A stretch of DNA of 64,000 nt from a virus (taxonomy: Duplodnaviria > Heunggongvirae > Uroviricota > Caudoviricetes). The position numbers and the translations under genes are program-made. The DNA lies in the IMG/VR virus record IMGVR_UViG_3300031993_000018, positions 25,614 to 89,613 of that record; one strand, 5' to 3'. Below the pieces are notes generated by a model, which saw only the letters and a program-made list of their open reading frames with translations, was not told where the DNA came from and did no database searches. The number at the start of each line of letters is the position of its first letter. The stretch's first letter is position 1. Of the stretch, positions 60,745 through 64,000 are shown one piece after another.

Positions 60745-61815
60745 ATGAAAAGAATATTTATATTCATTGTATTTTTATTCCTTGGTATGACATCACTGCA
60801 ATCGCAGAATGTCGTATCATCTACTGTTGAGTTTTTATTCAACACAGATGAGTTTGTACAGAATGAGAAATATGACAATTTCATAAACACAATTGTACCT
60901 TATATCAACAGCAACAAGGATAATATTGAGAGTATCCTGTTGGTGGGATCTGCATCCCCAGAAGGAAACAAGGAATGGAATGACTACCTTGCTGTCACCA
61001 GGGCCGAAAAGGTACACTCATATTTTATGGACAGTATTCCAAGACAGAAGGTCAATGTCATCAATGACTATGACCTATTCCTGGAAAAGACAGGTTATGA
61101 TGAGAAGAACTGGAAAAGGTTGAGGGCAACTTATATTGAAATCCAACTCAAAAAAGCACCTGAAACCATAACCCTGTTTGACACCATATATATAAAGGAG
61201 ATGGATACAATCTACCAGTGCTGTGGCACTGATACTGTATATATCAAACAGGAACCGGAAAGGATACCTCTTCTTGCAGTAAAGACAAATCTCCTTTCTG
61301 ATGTTCTCATCACCCCCAGTATTCAAGCTGAACTCTACACACATCTCTGGGGACTCTCACTTGAATTTGACTACACATTCCCCTGGTATCACAATGATGA
61401 TGTATATTGGTATTACCAGATCCTCAATGGTACTGTTGGAATAAGGAAGTACTTGAACAATGAGTACTATGGTCATTACTTTGGAATATATGGAAACACT
61501 TTCACATATGACATCTGTTTTGATGCAGATAATGGATACCAGGGTGAGGGTAATGGAATCAGTATAGGTTATGGATATGTGTTCAGGAGTAAGAAACATC
61601 CCAAACTGAAGTTTGAACCTTATGTCAGGTTGGGTTATCTGTATTCAAGATTTGACACATATCATGCCTCTAATCCCTGGGATGGAAAGTATTACTACAA
61701 CTGGCATAAGAAGGCCAGTGAATTTACTCCCAGGAGACTTGAACTTAATTATTTCGGACCTACTGCAATAGGTTTCAATATAACATACGACTTGATATGG
61801 TTAAGAAAGTATTAG
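60745..61815 (+). CDS. DUF3575-like outer-membrane protein with OmpA-like N-terminal part
   Basis: Signal peptide; GSASPEG...N..LA..RA; AVKTNLL...W..beta-barrel; YFGPT C-terminus. Confidence 0.78.
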   Translation: MKRIFIFIVFLFLGMTSLQSQNVVSSTVEFLFNTDEFVQNEKYDNFINTIVPYINSNKDNIESILLVGSASPEGNKEWNDYLAVTRAEKVHSYFMDSIPRQKVNVINDYDLFLEKTGYDEKNWKRLRATYIEIQLKKAPETITLFDTIYIKEMDTIYQCCGTDTVYIKQEPERIPLLAVKTNLLSDVLITPSIQAELYTHLWGLSLEFDYTFPWYHNDDVYWYYQILNGTVGIRKYLNNEYYGHYFGIYGNTFTYDICFDADNGYQGEGNGISIGYGYVFRSKKHPKLKFEPYVRLGYLYSRFDTYHASNPWDGKYYYNWHKKASEFTPRRLELNYFGPTAIGFNITYDLIWLRKY

Positions 61816-62861
61816 TTTTTATTGTTTCACTGTTGTTAGTTTTTTCTGCTTGTGATAAGAAACCTCTATATCTTCAGGGTGATGCAGCAGTCACCGTTAA
61901 TGTACAGACTCAGGTATCAATAGAAGCATATTGGAATACAAACATTCAAAGTACATTAAGATATGACTGGGACACCACTTTGTATGGACCAATAGGTTAT
62001 TCAAAGGTGGATAATGTTGACCTTGTGATATTCAACAACAAAAAGATAATAGAAAGGAAGACATTAAACACAGGAAAACGTCAACTGATAGATATTGAAT
62101 TAGGTAATACATATGACTTTTTGATTTTCAATAAAACAGAAAACACCGAGGATTTTTATATAGACAACAAGTTTTTAATAAGTACAACCACTCCTGGTAC
62201 AAAGTCTGTTGTTGAAGATGTATATTATGATTTGACAAACCAACCTGGTGAGATATTTTGTGTTTATCAAAAGAATGTATTTTTGTCAGATGATTTGTCT
62301 CAATATAAAGAGGTATATGATCATGACAAGTTAATATATGTGTATGACATCAATACTGAATTAAAACCGGTATCATACATCTACCTTATACAGTTTATTA
62401 TTGTAAAGGATGACAGTTTGGATATTGATGTGAAAGGTATTCCGGAATACAGAATAACCGGTGTGAGTTCCTCAAAGAATCTTTTCACCAACACTCCTGT
62501 ATATACCGGAAAGAAAGAAATCAGGTCAACTGACATCAAACCCCCACAGGTGGTAGAGGATAGTTTGATTTTTGCGTCAAAATTCACTATATTGAACTTG
62601 GGTAGTGATGATGAACAAAGTTCATGGGAGACTCCTGATAATTATATATACAACTGTTTGATAAATATTGAGACTGAGAAATCAGGAAGTTTTAATGGAA
62701 TTGTCAATATTACAGACCAACTTAAAAAACAACCACAAGGAGGAATAATAACAATAAGGATTAACAGTTCAACATTGAGAAGGAAGGATCAGGACAGTGG
62801 TGGAATTAATGTTGATGTTGAACCCTGGCAAGAGGAAGAGGTTCAAGAAATAGAAATATAA
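61797..62861 (+). CDS. DUF5119/FimB-Mfa2-like lipoprotein
   Basis: Lipoprotein signal LLVFSAC, K.L.L..., C-terminal GG..VDV.PW..E....I strand; position in the operon. Confidence 0.65.
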   Translation: MVKKVLVFIVSLLLVFSACDKKPLYLQGDAAVTVNVQTQVSIEAYWNTNIQSTLRYDWDTTLYGPIGYSKVDNVDLVIFNNKKIIERKTLNTGKRQLIDIELGNTYDFLIFNKTENTEDFYIDNKFLISTTTPGTKSVVEDVYYDLTNQPGEIFCVYQKNVFLSDDLSQYKEVYDHDKLIYVYDINTELKPVSYIYLIQFIIVKDDSLDIDVKGIPEYRITGVSSSKNLFTNTPVYTGKKEIRSTDIKPPQVVEDSLIFASKFTILNLGSDDEQSSWETPDNYIYNCLINIETEKSGSFNGIVNITDQLKKQPQGGIITIRINSSTLRRKDQDSGGINVDVEPWQEEEVQEIEI

Positions 62862-62903
62862 TACATAAATAATACATAAATAATAATAAAAAACTTAATT
62901 GAA

Positions 62904-64000
62904 ATGAAAAAGATTTTATTCACATTATTAACCATATTAATGGTAATCGTATCATGTGCAAAAATAGATATTGTACCTGATACATATAATTCTCGTAATG
63001 AGAATGTGGAGATTGTTTTCGGTGCCCATGCAGGCAAGGGTTTGATGACAAGAGCAGTCATTAATGGTGATACTTTACCAGATGGATCAGAGTTTGGTGT
63101 TTATTCATACTATGCAGCAGGAACCAATCATTTGTTGATTGACAATGGTCACTATGCAGTAAACAAGGATACAGCCAGGGCTACTGGTGGTGAAAAGTAT
63201 TATTGGCCAAAGTCAGATAACAATAATGTCACAAAGGATAGTATTGACTTCTTGGCAATTTATCCATATAGTACAACTGATTATTCTCGTTCAGGAAACA
63301 CTGTTACTATTACACTTAATGCATCAACAACAGATAGTACTTCTACAAAGGATGTTCTTTATGCAATAGCTGATAATCAGTATCATCAGACAGTTGGAAC
63401 TTATAACAATACTACACCAAATAAGTATTATGTTCCATTGACATTTAAGCATGCATTGACATTGGTTGAGTTCCAGGGTAAACATGCTGGAGCAACAAAT
63501 AACATTGATACTATAACTGTTACAGAGATTGCTTTCTTGAATAGTGATGGTACTGCATATGCTATTTACACTGGTGGTTCAATATCATTTGATATATCTA
63601 AAATAACTGCAACCACAAAACCTGATACAACTTTTACAGGTGGTACAACAAACAATACTTTAAACTTTGCTAATAATTGTGGTCTTACATCATCAAAATA
63701 CACAACAATATCAAAGGCAATAATGGTTCCTCAGGCTGTACCTAATAAGGTTCGCATAACTTATAATATAACCATTAAGAATACTAATGGTGAAAAAGTG
63801 GAGTTCACTGGTCGTCAGGTAGTAAAAGAAATTAATACCGGTAGTGATATGACAAATAATACTCCTAGAAATTATGTATCTAACTGGTATTCTGGTAAGC
63901 ATTATGTTTACAGGTATTATATAACTGCTGAAGCTATTGAGTTTACTGTAACAGTTGATGACTGGGATCTTCCTGATGGTTGGCAGATTTGGGATCATGA
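62904..64000 (+). CDS. fimbrillin (Mfa1/FimA-like type V pilin), runs off the window end
   Basis: MKKILFTLLTILMVIVSC, TRA processing-site-like motif, KYYWP, F.A.YP, VPL.FKHALT.V.F, I.F...V.DW; open frame to 64000. Confidence 0.8.
   Translation, partial: MKKILFTLLTILMVIVSCAKIDIVPDTYNSRNENVEIVFGAHAGKGLMTRAVINGDTLPDGSEFGVYSYYAAGTNHLLIDNGHYAVNKDTARATGGEKYYWPKSDNNNVTKDSIDFLAIYPYSTTDYSRSGNTVTITLNASTTDSTSTKDVLYAIADNQYHQTVGTYNNTTPNKYYVPLTFKHALTLVEFQGKHAGATNNIDTITVTEIAFLNSDGTAYAIYTGGSISFDISKITATTKPDTTFTGGTTNNTLNFANNCGLTSSKYTTISKAIMVPQAVPNKVRITYNITIKNTNGEKVEFTGRQVVKEINTGSDMTNNTPRNYVSNWYSGKHYVYRYYITAEAIEFTVTVDDWDLPDGWQIWDH

Noticed and set aside
1-64000. Active TAG-to-Gln recoding (Lak-type code 15)
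   Set aside because: Long enzymes (ligA, nadV, cca) are intact in the standard code and no canonical CUA suppressor was found; only the rarity of TAG stops is noted.

Overview
64-kb segment of a large AT-rich dsDNA phage (jumbo/megaphage-like) whose host is almost certainly in the Bacteroidota: at least 10 TTTG-N20-TAnnTTTG sigma-A promoters, a Bacteroidota-type ClpP and tmRNA tag, and a type V pilus-like operon. Nearly all genes are on the + strand. 1-41.7 kb holds accessory genes for protein quality control (DnaJ, ClpP), RNA repair and maturation (four tandem Pnk-like P-loop kinases, a metallophosphoesterase, an Rnl2-type RNA ligase, a CCA-adding enzyme, an RlmN/Cfr-like methyltransferase) and NAD+ metabolism (PncA, Prs/Adps-like, Nampt/Namat-like, macrodomain, NadE, NAD-dependent DNA ligase, Nudix), plus LuxS and a radical SAM enzyme followed by a 50-aa Cys/Gly/Ser repeat peptide that the ORF track missed. 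41.7-60.7 kb is a large RNA array with about 40 tRNA genes. It also contains two tRNAs split in the anticodon loop by inserts that each hold a nested tRNA-like element, a circularly permuted two-piece tmRNA, about 10 expanded or degenerate tRNA-like RNAs, many helix-closed 130-330 nt spacer RNAs, a ~1.08-kb candidate giant ncRNA, two leader-peptide attenuators and three free-standing homing endonucleases. The window ends in a DUF3575/DUF5119/fimbrillin-like operon. All assignments come from reading motifs and base-pairing by eye; no database search was run.
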